20,000 bases of DNA from an uncultured virus (IMG/VR IMGVR_UViG_3300049629_000752). Its lineage: Duplodnaviria; Heunggongvirae; Uroviricota; Caudoviricetes. Both the position numbers and the translations under genes were made by a program. Every line of letters starts with the position of its first letter. Positions within the stretch are counted from its first letter, which is position 1. The notes under the pieces are model-generated. The model ran no database searches. It was not told the DNA's origin and saw nothing but the letters and a program-made list of their open reading frames with translations. The stretch is taken from IMG/VR virus record IMGVR_UViG_3300049629_000752; one strand, 5' to 3'. Below, one piece after another: positions 8,248-16,020 of the stretch.

Positions 8248-8472
8248 ATGTACATTAAGTCATTAGAAAAAATGGAATCAATTGTTGCTTCAAACAAGAG
8301 TTTGTCTTGGTCTGGATGGGATGTTGTAAACTCATATCCATCCGATAAAGCCAGAACATCTAAATACGGAAAGTATTTAAATGGAAAGTGGCACATGACA
8401 AAAACATTTAAGCCAGGTCCGAATGGCTGGGATATACCAGACAGGATGATCAGTAATGAACAAAGACCTTGA
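8248..8472 (+). CDS. phage hypothetical protein (Trp-rich)
   Basis: 74-aa ORF with SD AAGGA; LSWSGWDVV...NGKW...GWDIP. Confidence 0.7.
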   Translation: MYIKSLEKMESIVASNKSLSWSGWDVVNSYPSDKARTSKYGKYLNGKWHMTKTFKPGPNGWDIPDRMISNEQRP

Positions 8473-9049
8473 GAATAAACTTAAAGATTGTGATACTTTC
8501 TTTTATTGTCCAGGAACTCTTTCTGAGGTAAGTGAAGAAGAATTAAACCAAAATATATTTTCTAATGTAAGGTCTAAAATTGTTGAATTAGGATTTTATG
8601 CAGAAGATTTGCCTCAGCAAGATCCGTATCGTGCAGTGGGTATGGTAATAGAAGAGGATAATACCTATGTTCATTTCTTCAAGGACAACCTCAAAACACA
8701 TTTACTTAGAAGAACAAAATCAAATAAAGGAGATATGTTTGTTTTTGTTGACTCTTTAAGTTGGTGGGTAGAGTCTGGAAGTGTTAAAAATTATTATTAT
8801 AAAATCATAGACAAGCCTATTTTTGGCGAAGGCAATAAAAAATATAGGGCAGAAATAGTTTTTTCTGACAAGTATTTTATTGATGTATTTGCTGATAACG
8901 AAGATCATGCTATTGAAAATGCCTACAAGGTTGAAATGAATTCTTGGACTCATGACTGGCCTAAAGATGAAGAGTTGACAAATTTTCAAAGTGTAAGACA
9001 AAGTTTATGGGGTAAGAAAATGATATCTGTTAGGGAACACAATGCATAA
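8456..9049 (+). CDS. hypothetical protein
   Basis: 197-aa ORF overlapping both neighbours; no motif recognised. Confidence 0.65.
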   Translation: MNKDLENKLKDCDTFFYCPGTLSEVSEEELNQNIFSNVRSKIVELGFYAEDLPQQDPYRAVGMVIEEDNTYVHFFKDNLKTHLLRRTKSNKGDMFVFVDSLSWWVESGSVKNYYYKIIDKPIFGEGNKKYRAEIVFSDKYFIDVFADNEDHAIENAYKVEMNSWTHDWPKDEELTNFQSVRQSLWGKKMISVREHNA

Positions 9050-9326
9050 ATTAAAGTGGAAAGATAATGGGTCATGTTTAGATTATGATACTAATTTATT
9101 TTTTGATAAATACGAAGAATCAGAAAACTTTAGAAGCGCAATAGATGAATTGTGCACCAGATGCCCAGTAATGAAAACTTGCTTTTCTGTGGGCGTCTCT
9201 CAAAAAGAATGGGGAGTATGGGGCGGAGTTTATTTAGAGGGTGGAGAAATATCTAAAGAGTTTAATAATCATAAAGATGAAAAAGACTGGAGCAATCTTT
9301 GGGTTAGTTTGACCAACGAGAAATAA
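9042..9326 (+). CDS. whiB: WhiB-family Fe-S transcriptional regulator
   Basis: W....C...D..LFF, CxxC (CTRC), PV...C, then EWGVWGG turn: four Cys plus G[VI]WGG. Confidence 0.92.
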   Translation: MHKLKWKDNGSCLDYDTNLFFDKYEESENFRSAIDELCTRCPVMKTCFSVGVSQKEWGVWGGVYLEGGEISKEFNNHKDEKDWSNLWVSLTNEK

Positions 9327-9327
9327 C

Positions 9328-10251
9328 ATGTTTGTATACGGAGACTTCATTGAGCCAAAGGTTTTAGAAGGTGTTAACCTACTATCTAGAACTAAAAAAG
9401 AAGATTTTGGCCCCACAATAACAAGGTTAGATGATCTTGACATTGAGGACTTAATCCAAGAAGATGATGTTCATATAGTTTTGTGGCACAAAAATTTCTT
9501 ACATGCATTTTTTAATATGGTCTCTTATATTTTATTTTTCTTTAATAAAAACAAAAATGCTTATTTTTTAATAATATTAGGAATAGATGTTCACGATGGA
9601 GATTTGCAAATTCCTCATTCTAAATTTATACTTAATATGTTAACTAATAAAAAGGTTAGATACCGCCTAGTTAATATAAAAGATGAGACTGTAAAAGTAA
9701 AAGATGCAAAATATTTTCATACAGTTCCGTTTCAATCTTCTTTTGTTGATGATGTATACGATTATTGCAGCGGGTTTATTGATAGGTCTAAAAAACCAGA
9801 TAAGATTATTTATTTGGCTAGATCAAAAGTAAAGCCCAAAGAAGAGGGATCTATTTTTCATGACAGAGATAGAGATACCTTAGTTGTAAAAAATGATTTA
9901 AGGGTTGAGGATGAAGACAAACTTATTGAATTTTTTATAGAAAATAATGTAGAAATAGTATACCCAGAAGATTTTAAAAATTTTGGAGAGCAGGTTAAGT
10001 TTTTAAATAATGTAAGGGTTATGATTTGTCCTTCTGGATCAGGAATGGCAAATATGATTTTTATGCAGCCAGGTGGGGTAGTAATAGAACTACAGACGCC
10101 AGTAGTAGTTTCTGCCAAGCAGCAGGTACATCCATTTTATGCTGCCTTTTGTTGGGCTAAAAAACATATATATATTACTATACCACATGAAAGAAAATCT
10201 GATACAATAATAGAATACTTTAAAAACAAAGGATTTTTAAATTATTTATGA
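9328..10251 (+). CDS. glycosyltransferase family 61 (DUF563)-like
   Basis: NFLHAF, KIIYLAR, LRVEDEDKL, IVYPED..F.EQV, SGSGMANMIFMQPGGVVIEL. Confidence 0.8.
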   Translation: MFVYGDFIEPKVLEGVNLLSRTKKEDFGPTITRLDDLDIEDLIQEDDVHIVLWHKNFLHAFFNMVSYILFFFNKNKNAYFLIILGIDVHDGDLQIPHSKFILNMLTNKKVRYRLVNIKDETVKVKDAKYFHTVPFQSSFVDDVYDYCSGFIDRSKKPDKIIYLARSKVKPKEEGSIFHDRDRDTLVVKNDLRVEDEDKLIEFFIENNVEIVYPEDFKNFGEQVKFLNNVRVMICPSGSGMANMIFMQPGGVVIELQTPVVVSAKQQVHPFYAAFCWAKKHIYITIPHERKSDTIIEYFKNKGFLNYL

Positions 10252-11213
10252 TAAGACAGCATCCAGTAGAGCCAGTGCACTATAAGGGTATTTGTATAAT
10301 TGAAGATGACTTTAATGCAGGTAAGCCAATAATAACAGAAATATTAAAAGAAAATTGGCATAATGAAGAGTTTCGTAGGGAACTAACACAGTATGCTGAT
10401 ACCTTCCTAGAAGAAACTAAATTAAGAAAAATAGTAGTTAGATTTGAAACAAATTTTTTTCATAGTTTACTAAATACTCTAGCGCCAATATTATGGGAAT
10501 ATAAAAAAGACCCTAATATAGAGGTAATACTATTGCATCCAAGTAAAGAAATTTCTGCATTTCAATCAACTGGAACTTTTATTGTTCAAGTATTAAGAAA
10601 TTATAATATTAAATTTTCCGTAACACAGATACATGCAAAGTATCCTCCTATATTATCAAATTTTTATTATTATGAAAAACTAGAAATGTGTGGAGATCAT
10701 ATTAATATACTAGACGATCTTATGAGTTCGTATAGAGATATATCTTTGCCTAATAATAAAAAGGTTTATGTTACAAGGGGCGGAAAGCAAAACTTAACAG
10801 TCACACAAATAAACCAAATGACACAAGAAGAGATAGATAAACTGCCATATAAAGATGACCTAAGAATAGATGATGAGATTAAACTAGAAAATTTATTTAA
10901 AAAACATGGTTTTGAAATAGTTGATACTAGTATATTTAAAACTATTGAAGATCAAATAAGATTTTTTGATCAGGTAGGAGTTATTGCTGGATTATCTGGA
11001 TCTGGGTTGACTAATTTATTATTTATGAGGGATAAAACAACAGTAATAGAATTAAGCACCATACAAATAGTTAGACAAAAAATAGAATTTCACTATCATT
11101 TTTTCTTGTTAGCAACCTTATGGGCTAATAAAAAATATATATCAGTTCCTAACATTTCTAGAGAATATGGTAAAATAGAATACGAACTAGAAAAGATGCT
11201 AAATACACTATGA
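10248..11213 (+). CDS. glycosyltransferase family 61 (DUF563)-like, tandem paralogue
   Basis: NFFHSL, KKVYVTR, DLRIDDEIKL, GFEIVD..EDQIRFF, SGSGLTNLLFM...VIEL; ATGA overlap. Confidence 0.8.
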   Translation: MIRQHPVEPVHYKGICIIEDDFNAGKPIITEILKENWHNEEFRRELTQYADTFLEETKLRKIVVRFETNFFHSLLNTLAPILWEYKKDPNIEVILLHPSKEISAFQSTGTFIVQVLRNYNIKFSVTQIHAKYPPILSNFYYYEKLEMCGDHINILDDLMSSYRDISLPNNKKVYVTRGGKQNLTVTQINQMTQEEIDKLPYKDDLRIDDEIKLENLFKKHGFEIVDTSIFKTIEDQIRFFDQVGVIAGLSGSGLTNLLFMRDKTTVIELSTIQIVRQKIEFHYHFFLLATLWANKKYISVPNISREYGKIEYELEKMLNTL

Positions 11214-11938
11214 CAAATATATTAATTCCTATGGCGGGTCTGGGTAGCAGATTTCCTATAGAAACTTATAAAACAACAAAGCCACTTATTAAAATAAATG
11301 GCAAAACAATGATAGAGCATGCAATAGAGTCTTTATCTATAATAGGTAATTATCATTTTGTTATAAGAGATAGTATATTTTTTGATGAATTATATTCTGT
11401 ATTAAAAAGTATAGATAGTTCATGTAATATTATAAAAATAAATGAATTAACAAATGGCCCAGCAGAAACATGTCTTATTGCCAAAGATTATATAAACAAT
11501 GATGATGAGTTAATTATTGCTAACTCAGATCAAATAATGTGGTGGGATTCTGATTTATTTTTACAGGTTGCCCGTAACTCTAAATATGATGGAATGATTG
11601 TTACTTACACATCAAGTACGGATAAAAACAGTTATGCTAAAATTAATAAACAAGGATTAGTAACACAGATAAAAGAAAAAGAAGTTATAAGCGACATATC
11701 ATTAAATGGTATCCATTATTGGAAACATGGAAAAGATTTTGTTGACAGTGCAACAAGAATGATCTATAATAATGAAAGGTATAACAATGAGTTTTATGTT
11801 GGTCCAACCTATAACTCAATGATTATGGATGGCAAAAAAATTGGAATATATCACATACCTTCTTATCAGCATAACGCTGTTGGGGTGCCTTCAGACTTAG
11901 AACTATATATGGAGAAATTATGGAAATCAGAAGAATAG
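11210..11938 (+). CDS. sugar-phosphate nucleotidyltransferase (NTP_transferase / BcbE-like GT-A fold)
   Basis: ILIPMAGLGSRF, KPLI, GPAET, NSDQ, IKEK, GIHYW, NNEFYV, GVPSDL. Confidence 0.88.
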   Translation: MTNILIPMAGLGSRFPIETYKTTKPLIKINGKTMIEHAIESLSIIGNYHFVIRDSIFFDELYSVLKSIDSSCNIIKINELTNGPAETCLIAKDYINNDDELIIANSDQIMWWDSDLFLQVARNSKYDGMIVTYTSSTDKNSYAKINKQGLVTQIKEKEVISDISLNGIHYWKHGKDFVDSATRMIYNNERYNNEFYVGPTYNSMIMDGKKIGIYHIPSYQHNAVGVPSDLELYMEKLWKSEE

Positions 11939-12243
11939 AAGACTTTACTAGGGGGTGGATAATTGGAAACTTTGATCCATCTTTACTAAAGACAGATAAG
12001 TTTGAAGTTGGTTTGCTTCGGCATAAGGCTGGAGAGGTTTGGCCAAAACATTATCACAAGGTTGGCACTGAGTATAATGTTTTAGTAAATGGCAAAATGA
12101 TAATACAGGATAAAGAACTTAACTCTGGAGATGTATTTGTTTTTACACCAGGGGAGATTGCTGATCCTATATTTTTAGAAGACTGTACTGTTTTAGTTGT
12201 TAAGGTTCCATCACTACCAGGAGATAAATATGAAGTTTTATAG
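11920..12243 (+). CDS. cupin-fold protein
   Basis: HYHKVGTEYNVLVNGKM (HxH..E) and LNSGDVFVFTPG; the motif-2 His is absent. Confidence 0.85.
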   Translation: MEIRRIEDFTRGWIIGNFDPSLLKTDKFEVGLLRHKAGEVWPKHYHKVGTEYNVLVNGKMIIQDKELNSGDVFVFTPGEIADPIFLEDCTVLVVKVPSLPGDKYEVL

Positions 12244-13435
12244 AGAGTTAGATGACCTAGAAAAGGATAGATGTGTTGTTGTAACCTATTACATTGAGGT
12301 AAACTCTGTTCATGGAAGACTTAATGACGCAGCATGGGATTTAGCAATAGGACAAAGTGTTGGCAATCCAAAGCAAAGAAACAACTGGGAAACAGACGAC
12401 ATATTTGAAATGTCTTCCTGTGTTATATATGATGAAGAAGAAAATTTAAAATCAAAATTAAACGGATTTGTAAAAATCGGATTTCCAAAAATAAATTCAG
12501 ATTGGGATAATGACGGTATATCTCATTTATTGTGTCAAATAATGGGCGGTCAATTAGATATTAATATATTTAAAGTATGTCGTGTTGTTGATATAGAGTT
12601 TCCTGAGTCTGTAAAAAGAAGTTTCTTAAAACCAAAATACGGAATGTCTGGTATTAGAGAGTTTACTAATCAATATAATAAGCCGTTGCTTGGCGGAATC
12701 GTAAAGCCAAAAACTGGCATATCTGTAAAACAACTTGGTTATATTGTTAAAGAGTTAGTGGATGGTGGAGTTGATTTCATAAAAGAAGATGAGATTTTAT
12801 CTAATCCGTCTTTTTGTAGACTAGAAGAACGTGTAGAGCACATTGCAAAAATAATTTCAGATTCTGGCAGGAATGTAGTTTTTGCACATTGCATAAACTC
12901 TGACCCACATGCTATTTTAGATAGAGCAAAGTTAGTTTATGAAAATGGTGGAAATGGAATACATGTAAACTTTTGGAGTGGATTTGGAGCCTATAACTCA
13001 ATACGTAAGTTAGATCTACCATTATTTATGCATTTTCAGAAAAGCGGAGATAAGATACTAACCAATTCACAGCATAACTTTAAGATAGACTGGTACGTTT
13101 TATGTAAACTTGCTGCTCTGATGGGCGTAGACACAATACATACTGGTATGTGGGGAGGGTATTTAAGCGATGACGAAGTAGAACTAGATAGATCTATAAG
13201 GCTATTAAACGATAGTAATGTTGTTCCTGCCCTAAGTTGCGGAATGCACCCTGGGCTTGTAGAGGCTATTACACGTCGATTTGGGACAGAGTATATGGCT
13301 AACGTTGGTGGAGCCGTACACGGCCATCCTGAAGGCACTATAGGTGGTGCTAGGGCTATGAGGCAGGCAATTGATAGAGACTATAAGTCAGAATATATCA
13401 AGGCAATTGAAAAATGGGGCCTTGTAAATGATTAA
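12230..13435 (+). CDS. RuBisCO-like protein (form IV RLP)
   Basis: AIGQSVG, KPKYG, GGIVKPKTG (K175/K177), GGVDFIKEDE (carbamylated Lys plus metal ligands), DTIHTG, PALSCGMHPG, GGAVHGHPEG. Loop-6 K334 equivalent missing (WGGYL); HxHR replaced by HFQK. SD AGGAG supports start 12230. Confidence 0.93.
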   Translation: MKFYRELDDLEKDRCVVVTYYIEVNSVHGRLNDAAWDLAIGQSVGNPKQRNNWETDDIFEMSSCVIYDEEENLKSKLNGFVKIGFPKINSDWDNDGISHLLCQIMGGQLDINIFKVCRVVDIEFPESVKRSFLKPKYGMSGIREFTNQYNKPLLGGIVKPKTGISVKQLGYIVKELVDGGVDFIKEDEILSNPSFCRLEERVEHIAKIISDSGRNVVFAHCINSDPHAILDRAKLVYENGGNGIHVNFWSGFGAYNSIRKLDLPLFMHFQKSGDKILTNSQHNFKIDWYVLCKLAALMGVDTIHTGMWGGYLSDDEVELDRSIRLLNDSNVVPALSCGMHPGLVEAITRRFGTEYMANVGGAVHGHPEGTIGGARAMRQAIDRDYKSEYIKAIEKWGLVND

Positions 13436-13865
13436 AATATCACATAGAGGAAATATATTTGGTCCAAATAAAGAACTAGAAAATAATCCTGAATATATAA
13501 AGAAGGCAATATCATCTGGATATAATGTTGAGGTAGATTTTTGGGTAGTAGATAATGTGCTATATCTTGGCCACGACTATCCTCAGTACCAGATTGATCA
13601 ATTTTTTATAGACTCATATGTAAAAAAAATATGGCTACATTGTAAAAATCTAGATGCATTAAATTATATAATCAATAAGCCAAAATATTATCAAGGATTT
13701 TGGCATGAGAGCGACAAGCATACAATAACTACAAATCATTATATTTGGACATACCCTGGTATGCCAGTAACAGATAAAAGTATTTTGGTATATTTAGAAG
13801 ATCCCAGAAATAATGTACCAGACTTTATTGCTGGAATTTGTAGCGATTATGTTGGTCTGATATAA
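13428..13865 (+). CDS. short PLC-like/GDPD-like phosphodiesterase
   Basis: ISHRGN, EN, VEVD, LYLGHD, WLHCKN, GICSD. Confidence 0.8.
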   Translation: MIKISHRGNIFGPNKELENNPEYIKKAISSGYNVEVDFWVVDNVLYLGHDYPQYQIDQFFIDSYVKKIWLHCKNLDALNYIINKPKYYQGFWHESDKHTITTNHYIWTYPGMPVTDKSILVYLEDPRNNVPDFIAGICSDYVGLI

Positions 13866-13872
13866 TCGATAT
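13838..13872 (+). promoter_or_regulatory. promoter TTGTAG-N17-TATAAT (TG-extended) positioned for a leaderless transcript
   Basis: TTGTAG at 13838-13843, TGA-TATAAT at 13858-13866, ATG 6 nt later, no SD. Confidence 0.55.
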
Positions 13873-14631
13873 ATGATAATTCAAATAATTGGGCTTCCTG
13901 GATCTGGCAAAACTGCACTAGCGGTAGCGCTAAAAGAGAGAATAAACGCTATACATCTTAATGCTGATGAGGTTAGGTCTACAGTTAATTCTGATCTTTC
14001 CTTTACACCAGAAGATAGAATTGAGCAAGCAAGACGCATGGGTGAGATGGCACGTCTTATTGCAAAACAAAATGTAGCACCAGTTATTGTTGACTTTATT
14101 TGTCCTACAGAACAGACACGAGAAGCATTTGGTGATGCAGATTTAGTAGTGTGGGTTGATAGAATTAAAGAAGGCAGATTTGAAAATACAAATAAGATTT
14201 GGGAAGAGCCTAGGATTTTTGATTTAAGAATATTAGATGGATACACAATAGAGCAAGAAGTTAATACTGTAATACAGGCTGGCGGATTGTTTGATTGGTC
14301 TGCTCCAACTACGTTGCAACTTGGACGTTACCAACCGTGGCATGAGGGTCATCAAGCATTAAAAGAAGAAGCACATAAAAGAACTAATCAGGTACTGGTT
14401 GGGGTCCGTAATACATACAAGACATCAGAAAAAGATCCTTTACAGTATAGCGAAGTAGAAAATTATATTAAACAAGATAATCCATTTAAGGATACCCTTG
14501 TATTAAGATTGCCTAATATTACAAACATTGTGTATGGTCGTGATGTAGGATATAAGATTGAACAGGTAACATTGCCTGATAATATACAGTCTATTTCTGC
14601 AACACAAAAAAGAAAAGAAATGGGACTATGA
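13873..14631 (+). CDS. adenylylsulfate (APS) kinase-like domain fused to an HxGH nucleotidyltransferase domain
   Basis: P-loop GLPGSGKT, LNADEVR...DLSFTPEDRIEQARR, FICP, WEEP; C-terminal GRYQPWHEGH...ISATQKR. Confidence 0.88.
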   Translation: MIIQIIGLPGSGKTALAVALKERINAIHLNADEVRSTVNSDLSFTPEDRIEQARRMGEMARLIAKQNVAPVIVDFICPTEQTREAFGDADLVVWVDRIKEGRFENTNKIWEEPRIFDLRILDGYTIEQEVNTVIQAGGLFDWSAPTTLQLGRYQPWHEGHQALKEEAHKRTNQVLVGVRNTYKTSEKDPLQYSEVENYIKQDNPFKDTLVLRLPNITNIVYGRDVGYKIEQVTLPDNIQSISATQKRKEMGL

Positions 14632-14927
14632 ATAAATTAAATTATATTTGGTCTATAATTAAAGATAGATGGTTAAGGCCATATGATGATATTATATTAA
14701 GATTTAATACAAAGGCTGGGCCAGACGATCCGATGGTTTGGAGAATTTTTATTAATGGAAACCAAGTTTTGGCTAGTGATTTTGAATTACATGGATATGC
14801 TTATGCAGTGTCGTCAGAATATGAAGGCGATACAAAATATAATGTTGGGTGCAAGGGTCGTGTAAGGTGGGAAGGGACCAAAGCAATAATAACTACTGCT
14901 AGAAAGCAACCAGAAGAATTATTTTAA
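14628..14927 (+). CDS. hypothetical protein
   Basis: 99-aa ORF with ATGA and TAATG overlaps; LRFNTK...WRIF motif. Confidence 0.7.
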   Translation: MNKLNYIWSIIKDRWLRPYDDIILRFNTKAGPDDPMVWRIFINGNQVLASDFELHGYAYAVSSEYEGDTKYNVGCKGRVRWEGTKAIITTARKQPEELF

Positions 14928-15163
14928 TGTATACAGATGCTATGCGTAAAGCATTTAGGTCATTAGACCATTTTGCCCCAAAAGGATTTAAACTAGAACT
15001 GGTAGACAATGATAGTTTTATAACAGTTAGGGCACCAGAAAAATCTTTTATGTCTTTACTTGACACAGATAAGCGCCGTGCTGTAGAATATATGATAAGG
15101 GTTAAAAAGGCTCTTGAGGACAATGGCGCAGTTGTTCTTTTAGTACGTGAAGGCGGTAAATAA
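14927..15163 (+). CDS. small phage hypothetical protein
   Basis: MYTDAMRKAF...VKKALEDNGAVVLLVR; coupled to both neighbours. Confidence 0.7.
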   Translation: MYTDAMRKAFRSLDHFAPKGFKLELVDNDSFITVRAPEKSFMSLLDTDKRRAVEYMIRVKKALEDNGAVVLLVREGGK

Positions 15164-15164
15164 C

Positions 15165-15662
15165 ATGCAAACATTTCTACCATCTCAAGACTTTAGTCAG
15201 TCTGCTCAAATACTTGATTCAAAACGTCTTAATAAACAAATTTTAGAATGTTACCAAATACTTAATGTTTTATCTGGTAAGTCTCCTACAGGTGGGTGGC
15301 GTAATCATCCAGCAGTATTAATGTGGCGTGGGTTTGAGCGTGGTTTGTGGTCATATGTACAGGCTATGATTTTAGAGGCTAAGTCTCGTGGCATCAAGAC
15401 AGAAAACAATGAGACAAACCTTAATAGACTTAAAGACCAATGTTGGAACGATTGGCGTAGTGACACTCCTTCATTTTGGTTTGATGATAATAAATTGTCT
15501 AGAATTACTACCACACATAGGGTTAGTTTGTTTAATAAAGATCCTCTATATTATGCAAAATTTCAGCCATATGTTAATAGTTTTTTTAACTCACCTTGTT
15601 GCCCAGAGCGTAAATTACCGTGCAAGTATTATTGGCCAACACATGAGGCACTAAATGCTTGA
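15165..15662 (+). CDS. pyrimidine-dimer DNA glycosylase-like protein (MSMEG_6728 / DenV-related family)
   Basis: MQTFLP...SA..LD.KRL.KQ..E..Q, GWRNHPAVLMWRG, HR..L..KD..YY, YYWP; start 15165. Confidence 0.82.
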   Translation: MQTFLPSQDFSQSAQILDSKRLNKQILECYQILNVLSGKSPTGGWRNHPAVLMWRGFERGLWSYVQAMILEAKSRGIKTENNETNLNRLKDQCWNDWRSDTPSFWFDDNKLSRITTTHRVSLFNKDPLYYAKFQPYVNSFFNSPCCPERKLPCKYYWPTHEALNA

Positions 15663-16020
15663 TTTATTGATATTTGTAGTCGTTGTAGTAGTTATTACTG
15701 GCGCAGTAATAGAAAATATAAGGTTAAAAAATAAAAATATTGAGTTGATGTTTTTATTAGCGCAGTCAACAATAGATATGAATGCTATAAAAGATAAACT
15801 TATTCATACAAATGAAGATCCAGATAAAGATCATTTCATAGCATTTTTAAATGATACACGAGAGATGGCATATAAGTATATTGAAGACTTGCAAAATGAA
15901 TTAGTTTTGTTTGCAAATATTTTAGAAAAAGAATCTGAGTCTCCCAATGACCTATCAGTTCCTAGAATAAAGAAAGCGTTTGAGCAATTAGAGCAAATGA
16001 GACCAAATGAAGACAGATAA
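15655..16020 (+). CDS. membrane-anchored phage hypothetical protein
   Basis: N-terminal TM (LLIFVVVVVVITGAVI); FIAFLNDTREMAYKYIEDLQ helical segment. Confidence 0.7.
   Translation: MLDLLIFVVVVVVITGAVIENIRLKNKNIELMFLLAQSTIDMNAIKDKLIHTNEDPDKDHFIAFLNDTREMAYKYIEDLQNELVLFANILEKESESPNDLSVPRIKKAFEQLEQMRPNEDR

Noticed and set aside
12230..13435. True CO2-fixing RuBisCO (rbcL/cbbM) as a carbon-fixation auxiliary gene
   Set aside because: Lacks the loop-6 Lys334 and H294/R295 equivalents; no small subunit, PRK or AMP-phosphorylase genes in the window
11920..13865. Methionine salvage operon (mtnD-mtnW-mtnX)
   Set aside because: The cupin is too short and lacks the full ARD ligand set, the downstream gene is GDPD-like rather than HAD, and mtnK/A/B are absent
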